The notes beneath the pieces were generated by a model, which was not told the origin of the DNA, did no database searches, and saw only the letters and a list, made by a program, of their open reading frames with translations. Below are positions 36,901 through 51,900 of a stretch of 64,000 nucleotides of DNA, piece by piece. The stretch's first letter is position 1. Every line of letters begins with the position of its first letter. The position numbers were made by a program, and so were the translations under genes. This DNA comes from Stegostoma tigrinum (taxonomy: Eukaryota). The DNA lies in assembly GCF_030684315.1 (NCBI RefSeq), contig NC_081360.1, positions 86,851,780 through 86,915,779 of the forward strand. The letters are read 5' to 3'.

Positions 36901-39900
36901 GTTCATACTAACAGTATGCCTACGCTACCTGGTTTAAAATAAGATCTGCTTTCTTGGCTGCAGTGATGCTGATGGTTTCTGGGATCAGCTTGTAACCTCT
37001 TGCTTTCATATGTTCATAAGCTTCTTTATACTTCAGCTAGAAAAGAACATGAGAAATGTTTTTGACAATCATGCCCATCAGAAGAACAAAATCTTATAGT
37101 TGAACAGAAGAAACAAACAGGCAGAAATATTTGTGCCATGTAAATCCTATGATTCCGAGTGTGTGTATTTAGTGCTGTGCTCTTTGAGTTACTGTGAACA
37201 TTGTTCTGACACCACTATCTGCATTCACCACATGGATTTGTGTGACTATCATCCTTAGAAATAGTGGGTGATTAGCATAAACCCTAGAGGAACAGTACAA
37301 ACAATACTTCTCTACATTACAACAGTGACAACATTTCAAAGTATTAGCTGTGAAGTAATTAAGGGCAGGAATGATGCCATACCAGATTATATATTTCAAT
37401 TATATTGTTGAGGGATATACATTAGCCATGACACCAGAGGTAACTTTTTCTATCCTTCCCTGAAATTATACCATGCGACTTTTATGTCCATCCAATAGTG
37501 CAGGTGAGGCCTTGGTATAACGTTTCATCCAACAGGTGGTGCTTCTATCACACCTCTATCACATACTGACATGGTACAGCAATGGATTTCCACCTACACT
37601 TTGAACTAATGTCCCCACAATGAGACTTGAATCCACAACATTCTGATATAAGTGCTTCTACAGAACTGATAGCAAAAAGCAGGGAAGAAAATTAGCTATA
37701 ATAAAAGAAGCCTAAAAAATTGAAAGCTGATCTTTAATGATTGCTGATAAAATATTGTCAGAAAGGGAGCAGCATGTTTTGGGAAAAAATTATACAGCTA
37801 AACTCATGGGGATGTTGACAACTAGGCATAAGTGACACAGCAGTTGGAAAACTGCACTTACAAACTTTGAGGAAGTTAATACAGTCCGGTGTATAATCTG
37901 CCTCAAGTTCCACTCACTAAGTTTTGCTGTCAATAATCCATTCAAACAAAACAGCCTTAATTAAGTGTTTCGGCTAAAAATGGTTAAAATAATTTAAAAG
38001 GGTTTCACGGAGACATTGTCTTTTATAGATTTCTTGGTAAGAAATCTGCACCCGAAAGCTGCACACTTACATGTGTTTTGCACATGAAAAAGCACAACGT
38101 AGGTAAATTTGATGAAATAAGTTAATGCCAGTGGTCCTAAACCACACTCAATTGGAATTTATATGACTGAGAAACACATTATAATCTTAAAACTAATGGA
38201 AGTTAATCACCACTGTTCCTGGCAAGCTTAGTTTTTCTGAAATCAATAACAGTCCTAGCTATTGCAAAATTTTACAGTTATACAAATTTTCATAGAACCA
38301 GAAAATGCTGTTCTTAAGTAGGAAATAACAGTGATTAAAACCAAATTAAAGTGTCTCATCTTAAATAAACATTTGACTGCTAAGACTAAGCAAAAGACAA
38401 TTTTCTCCCAAACTGGGACAGATAGATCTCATTTCACTTGGGCAATTAAAGTAAATGTTACTTTATGAACTGATGGACACTCTAGTTGATATATTTTACT
38501 GTAACATTTTCCAAAATCTGAAACTGGATCCTGCCCACAGGATAAAATTTTATTTTCTCTTTTTTTTGAAGCAATTTAACTTCAGTTCTTTAATACATTT
38601 CTACCTGTGTATATAACTTATATAGTTTCACACAATCTTCTGTTTGGCCATCTCAGAAGCTTGACTTTGTATCTCTGGTGGGGTGCTACATCACTGAGGA
38701 ACAGTTCTCGAACCGTAATGCTATCTGGCTTATTATAAACAATTCATGGTACAGGTGCCATTAAAATATTAGGTTAAATATCCAAAAGCTTAATTAAACA
38801 AATAGTTAAAGAGTATTGTTAAGAGACAGAGCACTGTAGGGTGAGTTGTGTCCCAGAGAATAAAAAGCATGACCAGTAACAGAGGTGCAATTGAAATTGG
38901 AGATGCACAAGAGGTCGGTATTAGAGAAGCATAGATATCCTGGGAGAGATCACAGAAACAGAGAGGGGCAAAGCCATGGAACTGAAAACAAGAATCAGGA
39001 TTTTTAAAGCCTTATGGAGCCAATGTATGTTACAAGCACAGAGATAAAGGAGCAGCATTTGCTCCTTAAGTCACAGGCAGCAGAGTTTTGAAACTTTATG
39101 GAGGATAGAATGTAGGAGACCAACAAAGAGTGCTTTTAAATAGTCAAATCCAGAGGTAGCCAAGGCATGAATGAGTAGCTAATGAGTTAGGTGCTGATAT
39201 TCTGAAATGGAAATAACTGATCTTAACAATAGTGAAAACCGTCTTAAAATTACCACAAAGAAAGCAGACTAACTTAATCTCAGACCATTGCTAGAGAGCA
39301 GGATGGTGATGGCGAGACAGTAAGAACTGCCAAAGCTGGAGTTAGAGATAACACAGTGTGGAGCTGGAGGAACACAGCAGGCCAGGCAGCATTAGAGGAG
39401 CAAGAAAGCTGATGTTTCAGGTTGGGACCCTTCTTCAGAAGAAGAGTCCTGACCCGAAATGTCAACTTCCCTGCTCCACTGGTGCTGCCTGGCCTGCTGT
39501 GTTCCTCCAGCTCCACACTGGGTTATTTAGGATGGTGATGATAACCGGGGAATGAAATACTGGAGCAATGACCAAAAATATTGGCTTCAGTCTTTTCATG
39601 ATTTAATCGGAGAAAATTTCTGCTCATCTCGTACCGAATGTGAGGTAAACAGCGGTGGAAAAGCTGAGAGAGGTGATGGTGAGGGAGAGCAGAGTGCGTG
39701 TGTGGAAAAATTAATGCTGTGTCTTTGAATGATGTAGCTGGAGGGCAACACACAGATGAGAAATAGGAGGGTGGCCAAGGGTAGGTCTTGCAGATCAAGT
39801 GATTGACTGAGGTTTGATAAATAAGAATGGAATTATGTGACTTCAGTCCTGCCATCTTGATGGCAGCGGAGGATAATTGGATGAAGCGTGCTGAGAACCA

Positions 39901-42900
39901 TGTCAAAGGCTAAAGACCAGAAGGACTGAGACAGAAACCTATCTTTGCCTTTGTCAGACAGACTTGTAACATTGTGAACAGTTCATCTAGTGCAGCAACA
40001 GGTGTGGAAACCTGATTCGAGAGATTCAAAAATGGGGTTCAGCGTAATACTTACATCACTGCGGTTATGGTCAACATTTTTGGCATGCTTTAAGAATGGG
40101 ATATCTGCTGGAATGGTATATCCGGTGGGGAGAAGGCTTCGGCCTGTATCACGATAAAGATTCTACAAAACGAATGTCACAAAGTCCAATTAGTAGGAGA
40201 GGCTTCCCACGATTTATTTTAAAAATTTAACAGAGACGCATACTTACCTCACTCTGTAACTTATAGGCATGTCTAGCTCGATCCAGATCCACAGTCTTTG
40301 TGGTTGGAGCAACCGTACCTTTGATATTTGTCATATAGGAATTGTGATACACAAACTGAAAAACAAGAGAATTAATAAAATATTTCATTTTCATATATAA
40401 TATATTTTCTAAATATTAAAAGCAAAATAGTTGAATTGCACATCAATACACATATATGTCTGTCTTGAAATGCTTTTATGTCAGCACAATGTGTATTTGT
40501 ACAAGTATATATATTCTAATGTAAATATACATTGTAACTAGGCATTTAGTAAATATTCAGGTCAGAAAATGTATTGCAGACTAAGTTGAAAGTGTAATAA
40601 AGCAATACCGGTTATATATGGAAGAGACACTATCATTCCGTTTTAACCCACAAGTGATAGTAGATTACTAAGTTTGTTACTGATGTCTCTTTTTATAAAC
40701 TGATTCAAAACAATACTTACATCGCTCAACTGTTGAGTGTTGGTGACATTCTGCCGATAAACGGGAGTATCCATGACTGGGGTGAACTGGTCCCTTGATG
40801 CCTCAGCCTTGGCCTTGTATTGAATCTGCAGGGATAAATAAAAGTAGAAAAGAAATTAAATGACCAGTGGCTGTTAAAAGACAGTAACAAGAAGGAAGCA
40901 GAGAATCAATGGCAGTATCATATTGAAGTGACAAATCCTCCCAACATACATCACTTTGTAGATCATAGGATTTCTTAGCGTGAAGTATCTGAGGAGTGTC
41001 CCAGACGTTGCAACCAATTCCTTTAAGCCAGTTGAGATCATCTTTGTACAGAACCTGAAATCATAGAAAGAAAAATGTAATCAGCACTATGGTGCTGTTA
41101 TCTGCAGCAGTAGTAAAACAAGAGAAGGGAACTTCAATAGTAATTTCTAGCCTTCAAGCTTTCCTATAAGCAGGAAGCAGTCAAGTCATCACATTGATAG
41201 TGCTTGCTCAAGGCCACTAAAGAGCATGAAATTTATTAGACCTTGTTCTTAACACCTCCAAAGATGCTATAATCTGAGATGCTGATGTAATCATTTGCTG
41301 CCAACATAAGACCATAACATCATAAGATGCAGTAGCAGAATTAGTCCAGTCAGCCCATCGAGTCTACTCCACCATTTGATCATGATTGACATGTTTTGCA
41401 ACACCACTCTCCTGCCTTTTCCGCTTAACCCTCGATCCGCTTTCTAGTCAAGAGCCTATCCACCTCCATCTTAAATACAGTCAACAACTTGGTCTCCACA
41501 GCTTTCTGCAGCAATGAATTCCACAGACTATCTACCCTGTGGGCTGAAGAAGTTCCTTGTCATCTCAGTTCTAAAGGGTCATCCCCTCACTCTGAGACTC
41601 TGCTCTCGGGTCCTAGTCTCTTATTAGTGGAAAGATCTTCTCTGCATCCACTCTATCCAGGCCTCTCAGTACTTTAAAAATTTCAACAAGATGTGGTCTT
41701 CTCTGTCCATGTAATAAACACTACAAAGAGTTGGGTCATATTGATTCAGATATCTGGAAATTTGTTAACAACTAAACATGACACAGAATTACATGTGCAG
41801 TCTGTGTTAGGGCTTACATAGATTAATATCACACAATGTATACAGTTGACTGACTGTCTAACTGACAATCTAACTAGTTTCTTGTTAACAGACCAAATGC
41901 CAAAAAATGGAATGTATAGAGCCAGATGGAGACCTCCTATAGTAAACCATTACATATTGCAATAGCATCTAACTGTCTTCCAGGTGTAGGCCTTTCTGAG
42001 ATCTGTGAAATAATAGAACACCTCCCTTTTCCCTTTGCAGAGTAGAAAACCTGTTCTTTTGAATACATAAAAGGATGCACAATGAAACATCATCTTTCTA
42101 CATTAGGATATTACTTCAGAGGGCACATAACATGACCAGATCCAGTCCTTACACAATTATCATGATTTAGCTATGTACTTCAATATGTGATGTACTGATT
42201 GTCATTGTGAATCAATTTGTATCATGCACCATTGGTGTTTGATTATTTTCGGATGTGATACGTTTAGTATCAGAGTCACTGCTTTGAGTGATGGCTGGTT
42301 GATTATATACGTCTCAGTTGTGTCATCTGTTTCATTCTGTTAGATCAATGAACAATGATCCTGCCCTATCAACAATATAAAAGGTTTCAGGTGTCTGTCC
42401 TAAGGAGCCACTTTGACATTTAAGATGAATAATGCCAATGTAATTTCCTGCTGAAATGTCAGCCTTCCTGCTCCTCTGATGCTGCTTGGCCTGCTGTGTT
42501 CATCCAGCACAGCACCTTGTTATCTCAGATTCTCCAGCATCTGCAGTTCCTACTATCTCTGAGACCGTTGAAAGCACTTTGTCAATTGCACCACCAATTG
42601 TGCCAGTTTTCTAGGTTTATCTCATATATGATGCTTATAAAAAATGATATTTGCACTTGCATCAGTGTCAGCTTTGGCAAAGCGTGAATGTTGATCATGC
42701 CTTTTGTCAGTGCGTGAGCACATCATTCGGATAGAGGTAAACGCTTTAGATTTTCTGATGGCACCCATGTGGTGTGACAGAGTGAGTACATCTACCTTCT
42801 GACAGGAGTCTGTGAGCTGTAATATTGCATTCACCTCTTAGAGTTTGTTGCCATGTATGGAAATCCAGAAATACCTTTGACATTAATCCTTTGTTGGGTC

Positions 42901-45900
42901 TTCTTCACATGTTTGTGCAGAGAATTGGATTATGCTTCAGGTTTCTCCGAACATGTAGACTTCTTGAACATTTTAGCCCAATATTCTCTTGTAGAACCTA
43001 GCTTGAACATGTTGAAAGGTGCTGGAAATGATCATGTCGACTAAAACAGTTTATATCTCATACTCGACCTATGTATTTTAGCACTCTTGTTGACAATTGC
43101 AATTGTTGTAGCAGAGTCAAGGACCTGCAGGTGCTAATGTCCTGCTTCAAGTTCTTTGAAATTTTGTTCTTCTTCTAACAGGGTATCAATGGTGTAATAT
43201 TTAGTTTTGTCCAGAAATGTATTTGAGAAAGATTTAAATGAGTCTAGAGAAAATTAACTAAGTTTCAGCTAAGTTAGCTTCAGTAAATTCACTTTCTATA
43301 CATTAGTGCCAGCAAATTGGGCAATATTTTCACCTAGCTGGAGGCAGCATGACAGGAATTCAAGTCTATGAGCCCTGAAATTGTTTCTGATGTTGAGTTG
43401 GTCTCTTAGATTTAGAAGGTCTTGTCTGGACCACTATAATCATCACTCAAATTACCAGAGGATTTAAGTCTTTATTCCCCAAAGTGAAAAGAAGCTTCTC
43501 AGCCTGTCTCTCCTTGTTGCAATTAGTTGGTCTATAAAGTGAAGATCCATTCTCACTTTACAAAACTAGAGTTCAGATTAGTGCTTCTTTTGCTTTTTAA
43601 ATCACAAATAAGAACCTGAGTTGCGACATAAATCTTCTGTTATCTCATTGCCTTATTGCTTTAGAAGTTGCTTTAGACATTTCTTCCTTAATAGTTGCTG
43701 GCTTGGATTTGGAGGCAGCACTTATAGCACAAGAGTAGCCGACTTTGAGAAAAAAAAATGGTGGGGTCAACGAACCTCGGGACACAGGGAAGGCCTTTAT
43801 AATATTGAAAATGGTGTTTAACGGTGTATTGTTTGGGTATCTTTGCACTTTGTTCCAGGAGCACAGCAGTGGGCTGAAGCTTTTCTTTCAGCATCTTTTA
43901 AAAGACCTATTTTGAATTCATTTCTTAAATTTGAATCAACTGTGATCTGTTTTATTTTATGAAGCAGGACAGTATATACAGAGTGTTTGTTTCACAATAG
44001 CTGTTGCCCTCAGTCTTTGTTGTTAAAATGTAACTCAGGTATGAGGCGAAGAATGGCTGTTAGGCAATAAGTTTTGCAATTGTCATTTCAGTACTGACTT
44101 GCTGTCAGTTTCCTCAACAACCCATTTGCTATTGCTGCTGCTACCATGTTGTGATCCCTTACTGCCAGAGTGAAAGCCAAACCAGGGAAGGACGTATACT
44201 TTTAATGGTAGGGTCCTGGAGAGTGTTGCTGAACAAAAAGACCTTGGAGTGCAGGTTCATAGTTGCTTGAAAGTGAAGTCGCAGGCAGACAGGATAGTGA
44301 AGGTGGCGTTTGGTATACTTGCCTTTATTGGTCAGTGCATGGAGTATAGGAGTTAGGACATCGTGTTGCGCCTGTACAGGACATAGGTTAGGCCACTACT
44401 GGAACTTTGCATGCAATTTCAGTCCCTCTGCTATAGGAAGAATGATGTGAAGCTTGAAAGGGTTCACAAAAGATTTGCAAGGATGTTGCCACAGCTGGAA
44501 AGTTTGAGCTATTGGAAGAGGCTATAGACAGGGGTTATTCTCGCCACAGTGTGGGAGGCTGAGGGGTGACCTTATAGAGGTTTATAAAATCATGACAGAT
44601 ATGGATTGGGTAAATAGACAAGGTCTTTGCCCTGGGTTGGGGGAGTCCAAAACTAGAGGCCACAGGTTTAAGGTGAGACAGGAAAGATTGAAAAGGGAAG
44701 CTTTTCATGCAGAGAATAGTGTGTGTATGGAATGAGTTGCCAGAAGAAGTGGTAGAGGCTGGTACTATTGCAACATTTAAAAGGCATCTGGATGGGTATA
44801 TGAATAGAAAGGGTTGGGAGGGATATGGGCCAAATGCTGGCAAATGGGATTAGATTTATTCAGAATATCTGTTCGGCATAAATGAGATGGGCCAAAAGGT
44901 TTATTTCTATGCTGTATATCTCTATGAACTATGGCTTTATGTTCTTCATGATTTTCTATAGGTTAACTGATATGAATTACATCAGAAAGAGTTGGGTTCA
45001 TATTGAAACAGATATCCAGAGGCTAATGGACAACTAACTATGTAACTATGTAAACTAATATAATACCTGTTACATATATATTCTGGTTCTCAGACTTATT
45101 TAGATTACTACCGCGTTACATGTATAATTGCTTGGTTGATGAATTGCCTGGCTAGATGGTGCTTGCTACCAGACAAATAGCCTGGGCAATGTGCACAATG
45201 TGCACAACTATATTCTTTGTAGCCCTAAGATAATGAAGTGAGCTTTGGAAGGCTGGTTGAAGTCAACTCTACTCAGCACAGATCAGAAATCAAGATTGGT
45301 ATCTTTGTCAATCAATTGCCTTTAAGCATTGAACCAGGAAACTGTATAGAAGAGAGATAACAAAGTGTGGAGCTGGATGAACATAGCAGGCCAAGCAGCA
45401 TCTTAGGAGCACAAAAGCTGACATTTCAGGTCTAGACCCTTCATCATTATCTCTGATCACAATTGTATGGAAGATCGACTTTTGGCTCCTGTGATAGCAA
45501 TTTGGAAGAGCTAGTCAATTAATTATCCATTCCCCTCCTCTCTCTGCATTTCCCTACAATTTTCTACAATTATCTATCTGTTAGTGCATATCCAATTTCC
45601 ATTTTGCTTTCAAATGTTGCTATTGAATCTGCTTCCCTATATGTTTCGCCAGGATTCCAGCGAGGTGTTTTTCATTCCCTACTTTCACTGAATTTTGGTA
45701 TTTCACAACTGGAAAGCTACTACAGCTGCTTATTTGGTCTAAATTAATACAAACCAAAAACTATCACTTACATCACTCAGTTGCTCGCAGACCTTCTTGG
45801 CATGTATGTTAATCTGTAGATCTGGCAGGCACGTCCATTCATGGAGATACTTGCGATAGTCAATGTAGCTGACTTTGGCTTGGGAGTCTTTGGCAGCAAC

Positions 45901-48900
45901 CACTTCCAGCATGTCTGGCATGATGTGCACCTTCATTTTGTTATTTTCATAATTTTGCCTGTATAGTCGCTGCACAAAGCACAGGCCAAGCGGATTAACA
46001 CCAGTGAATTTTCACCCCAATAATCAACTCTCATTAAAAGAAGTCGTGACAAATAGAATTCAACAAAAAAATAAGGCTCAACAATAATTCTCTCATTATC
46101 ATGGCCTGATACAAAGTAGCTAACCGTCTTTTGTTAAACTTACAGATGTATGACCAATATTATACCAATAAAATAATTGACACAAGTTTAAACTTAACAT
46201 CCATGCAAAATAATAGATTGAAATCTAAAATGAGGCAGTTCATTATGACTTGTTACAGGACTTAGCATGAATAATGAGAATAATGCATTCTGGGTGATAC
46301 TGGATCTGTCTGTAATTATCAAATGATTCTGGTTTAATAGCATAAAGCATTGCTGATTCCCAGGTCAAAATTGTTTTCCTCATTGTTTCTTAGAAGTATG
46401 CTCCAACCACCTCAGTTCCTGAAACAGCTGAGGATACCCTGGCCATAAAAGAGTTGGACACAGAAGGAATTACAATGCTACTTGGAGAAGTTTGTAAATT
46501 ATTCAGGCCTACTCATTCTGGATTCATGGTGCAATGTGAACGCTACTTACATCAAGGCTCAACTTGCCAGCTTTCAGACATTGCACGGTATGTGGATCAT
46601 CCTCCACAGAGCGTGGCAGTGTGTAGAGAGCCTTGAACTTTTCATACTCTTCCCGATACTTTATCTGAAAGATTGAGTGCACACAGTTTGACAATCTTGC
46701 ATTAGAAAAGAAAACAAATTGTGAAAAATCTTTCTTCCTGCCAGCACCAGGGATGTAAGAATGTATCCTCAGCTACTTGGCCTGAGCTACATTTCACGGC
46801 AATTTTCTACTTACTGGGCTAAGAATGTCTTTCTGATTCTTGGCCAGAGCTATCGAAAATGAATCTCCTGGCATTGTATAACTTGTTGCTTTCACCTTAT
46901 CCCAGGCCAGTTTGTAGGCATTCTGGAGAAACAAAACACGGCTGATTTTGTGGAAGTGGAAGAAGCGTTGTTTTCACATTGAACAACATTATCAAAAACA
47001 GCAAGTACACCAAGTTAATGTATGTATTAATAAATAAGTAGACAATTCAATAAGTAGCAAGAATGAGTGATATTAGGACAAACATTGCATAATTCTCCAG
47101 AATGTTGATGCATTTCGTATCACAAAGATGCGAATATAAACAGTAAAATATTGACAAGAGATTGACAGCATGTTACTTGATGTCAACAAGACACAATCAT
47201 GCAAAGTCTTGGATGATGCCTTGAAATACATCAGCATAACAGCATTATTTTATTAACCTCAATGAAACTTGATCATTTTTACACACTTCTAATCCACCCT
47301 ACTCCCTTGTTGCATTGAAACCGGTCCCTTCTAATTCTTCTCCAGGAATTTCAGCTTGTGGAATTTTTCACCTACCTTCGATTTCCTTTTCTCCTTTAAT
47401 CTACAAATTTGCAAATCTCAAGTTTGGAGCAATCTGATTGCTGCTTCTGAATATATTTTGTTTCTCCTTTGTCATATGCCACTTTGGAGGTGTCCAGTTC
47501 TGAGTGTTCTGGCCCTTGAATCAAGTTGCTCAAAATACATGAAATAGTTCATACTATTTTTCCAAAAAAACAATGTTTTTTTTTCAAGCTCCACCTGCCT
47601 TATCCCACTCCTGCAGCTTAGCTTTTGACTATCAGAGAAACTATCCCAACTACATCCTGCGAAAGGAAGAGTTGACGAGCTGGAAAGAGAGCACGGAAAA
47701 TGGATGTCTAGTGGCTACAGGGGAAGTGATGGGATAACTAACACCTTATATTTATGATAATTAAGTCGGTTTAAAATATCATCAATACTAATATGTATGA
47801 GTGGACAAGGGTATTGGACAATCATAGATAGGACTATGTCTTCATATCCATCTCATATAGTTAACAGAGACTTCTGCAATTATGCCATTGCAATAACATT
47901 ATTCTAATCATCTTACATATTAAAAATGCGGTAAAATGACTTTCTTGTTTCTTTTCCTTTCTTCCTCAACTCGCCTGCAGATGATAATTCATTTTGGATT
48001 GAAGTTTCAGGGGCGCTGGTCTTCCTCTGGTAACAGGTTATCATTCACTCGTGTTCATCTGACCAAAGAATGTTTTGTTAAATGCATCATTATGCAGTGC
48101 ACTTATTGAACCTCCACAAGTGTTGATGAAATATATCTGTTTCTCCCCTTGTAAGAACATTGTCCATTTAATACTTCCTCAAAATATCCATGCAAAAAAA
48201 ACTTACACTGCTAAACATAGCTTTGAGGCCTTTGGTCCTGTTGTAATCCACAGTGTCTAAAACAGTTGTGTATTTGTCCTTGTTTTTCTCATAGTCCTCT
48301 TTGTACCTAACCTGCAAGAACAAAACAAAAAAGCAACCTGTTAGTTCAAGGTTACATAACTTAACATATTGTGAGCTAAGATATGAAAATCTTTCCAAAA
48401 AAATTAAGTATAGAAGAAAGGACAATAAATGCTACCAAACAGATGAAACAGAGGATGCTAGACTGTGTAGACAGAGACTTTGCTCCTCTTGGCTTCAGAG
48501 TGCATCAACATAAAAAAAATGTTCACACCCTCTGTTTGTGAGTAGACTCCAATAGTTCCTTCAAGATCTGCTGATTAGGTCATGATAGGTCTGGACTAAC
48601 TGATACACAGGGAAAGCTCCGTCTGGTGGATGTAAAATTGAGAGTTGGTTCTAAGACAGCTGCTAGTTTACTTATGTAAGGCATCTGGCTGAATGGGTGG
48701 TAGAGTCAAAAATCCTCATCACATTTAAAAAGAAACTTGGATACACATTTAAATTACGTCACTGAAAGGACTGCAGCCCAGAGATGAAAAGTGGGATAAG
48801 GCTTCATAACTTTCTTTGGTTGGCACAGAAATGGTAGACTGAATGGCCACCTTCACTAGCATAAATGTTCTGTGCTTCTAACAATTCCATCAGTGAAGCC

Positions 48901-51900
48901 CCTACATGTGGGAAAATCACCCTCTTCTAATTTTGCAGCCAAAGTCTTGAGGCTGATTTGACACGAAAAGATCATGCAGCAGTATTGGTCACCAATTCTA
49001 CTTTTTCACCCAAGAAACAAGCATGATGATTAAGAGTTTCTACCCCAATAAGGTTGGGGTGCAACAACTGGAGGACTTGGTCAATAAAGACTTAAACTAA
49101 ACAATTTTATTTTAGCCTTAGCTAAAATATCAGGGAGGGGATTCCTAATGAAATGCATTAATCCACCAGTCAGACCGACAGTAACCTCCAGGCCCCGATA
49201 AATAGAGGAGCTCAAAGGACAGAAGAACTCACACAGGAGTATACATGGAAAGCGTTCTCAGATAATTATGAACTTGCAGAGTAAGATCAAACTATTTAGG
49301 ATCATTGGAATGAAAGCGGACAAATACTTACATCACTTAATTGAAGGCCACTCTGGACGGCTGTCACATAGACTGGTGTATCTGTGATCACAGAGTAGTT
49401 CTCAAAATTTTTCTTTCCATCAGTTCTGTATTTGATCTGTAATAAATTAAGTGTCCAAATTTTTTAAATGCTGGTTTCCTGCCAACAAAATATTTCATCC
49501 CTAACAGTCGTTTGGTGACTCAGAACTTGAGAACTGCTGAACAAAGATATTTGTCAAACGTTTCATGTTGCATTCATCGGAACAATTTGCTAGAATGCCA
49601 ATCCCAAGGCAAAGACCAATGGTCAGACTGTAGTGTGTACTATCTACAGGATGCTGTGCAGAAATTCACCAATGATCACTATGTAGCACCTTATAAACCA
49701 ACAATGAGATCGATCTAGAAGGATAATGCCAGCAGATACATGGAAACACCATCACTGGCAAGTGCCTCGCCAAGTGCATGTCCCACAAGTGCATTAAAAA
49801 AAAAAGAGAGTACGGCGCTGATTAATTGGTAAGTAGGCTGGTAGGTGGAGTTGTTGCTGTGGTGAATTATGATGATTAACAGTTAACTGCCATTTATTCT
49901 CCATGGCAACACCTCTACCAATCTGTACTCTGCACTCATGACATACTAATGTTAGTTTTCTCATTGGATTGGTCTTCTTGCAATTGTCCTGATTAATGCA
50001 ACAAAGATTACATCAAGAAAAGTATGTCCTTTTGCAGCAATACTTCATTTCAGTCATCAGGCAGAATTTTGCTGAGGAGCATTGGTCTGGCCAAACAGCT
50101 ATAAAGGTGGTGATATTTCCCACTGACTCCTTAAGGCATGCACCAAATCTAATGCCAATCAAGCAGTGGTGAGGCAACAGACAGTACATTGCCTAGTTAC
50201 TGTGCAGAAAGAGACCATTCAGTCCTCATACCAGCACCAGCTCTCCAAACAAGCATCTTTCCTTTGCACCAATCTTTTTTTTCCCCATACCCTTGAACAC
50301 CTTTTCTATCCAAACAAGAATCAATATTCGTCTTGGATGTCTCAATTAAACCCGCTTCCAAAACACCTGCAGTGCGTTCCATACCCTAACCATTCACTGA
50401 GTGAAAAATGTTTCTTTTTCTCATGTCACCTTTGCTTCCTTTATAGATCACTTTAAACTCTCAGGATCAAGTTGCAAAATAAGGAATTTATTCATTGTGC
50501 GTGTGTGTGTGCATGTGCATGTGCGTGTGTGTGGTTTAGGTGATTTCTAATGTAGGGGGCCATTTCTGGAGAGGTGAATGCCAGGGGAATGGGTGATCAG
50601 AAGCTAGAAGCAACGAGTAGCTCTCAGCAAATTCCCTGCTGCTCTGGGAGCAAGGGATTCCTGCCTGCTCCTTCACCCAAAGCTGACAGGTTTACTTAGC
50701 CATGTTGAACTGTTGTATATGCTTACATCTCAGTTATTTAAAGCATGCAGTGGGATGGTGACCTTTCCTGGTAACTAACTGGCCTTTGAAGGGCCTCCAG
50801 ATCAACCAATGATCTGGATAGCTCCAAATTAAATTACAATGTGTGGTAGAAGGCAGTGGGATTCAGGGATGCCACAAGAGCACCTAGTTATGTGGCTATC
50901 CTGCCTACAAGCTGTGCACCCGATTCCACTCAGCTACTTGGAACCTTTTTTTTGTTAAACTGAGGATTACAGGTCTGACCATGCGCTGCAAAATATCACT
51001 AATTGGAAGCATTGCAACATATTTAATTTTATAATGTCTTTTAGTCACTTTTTTGTGATAAAGTTGTGTTGTGCTTTACTAATGCTCTTTTCTCACCACA
51101 TTAATCTACAAATCACATATGACAACTTATTGGAAAGAACTGTGACTGCTCCTAGTCTTCCACCTGAACTATCCCGAAACCAGGTAGTATAAAGTTTTGA
51201 AGACTTGCTGCTTTATTTCCCTGACACTTCTCTTGCTTCTGCCTAGCACTTTCTCATTATAGCTTAGGTTGAGATTAGAAACTCAGCATTTGAAAAATCA
51301 TTGAGTTCAGTTTATATTTAGTGGCACTGTACTTTTGTAATCTTCTACTCTCCTCACTCTTCACCAAAGTATGGACTCAGCCAACTGTTTTATAACATGA
51401 AGCAATGTAATCTTTTACAAATAATTGCTCAGAATTTAAACATTGATTTTGTATCTCTTTTTAGCAAAGATTTAACTCTTGCATCCGTTGACACAAGGGT
51501 GCAAAAAAACCAAGCTTTGAAAGGAGACACTAATTTTTCTCGCATGGGAATAGGGCACTCATTGGTTTGGTCACCCTTTTTTCAGTGAGAAAGCATTGTC
51601 AGTCTGTGCTGCATTTCTCATGGCAATGCCCTGACCAATGAGAGTTGACATGCCTGATCTAAGGTTTATCAGTTAGCTCAGTTTGACAGTCAACAGATTC
51701 AATTGCATCACCATGAGAGTTACAATCTAATGTCAAGCTTGATGAATGTAAAACAAAAAGAAATTCAATTCCTGCCCCTTTTTATCAATGTTTAACATAT
51801 TTTACAAGTTGATATGTAAGTACATTCTAGTGTACAGCCTAATGGAGTCTTTCAAGTTCCAAAACCCAATGCAAAAAGCTAACAGCAATAGGATGTTGCA

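Noticed and set aside
38600-38730. Minus-strand LSDVAPHQRYKVK stretch resembling a nebulin module
   Set aside because: Motif spacing is wrong, there are no matching splice sites, and the 7-module register is already complete without it.
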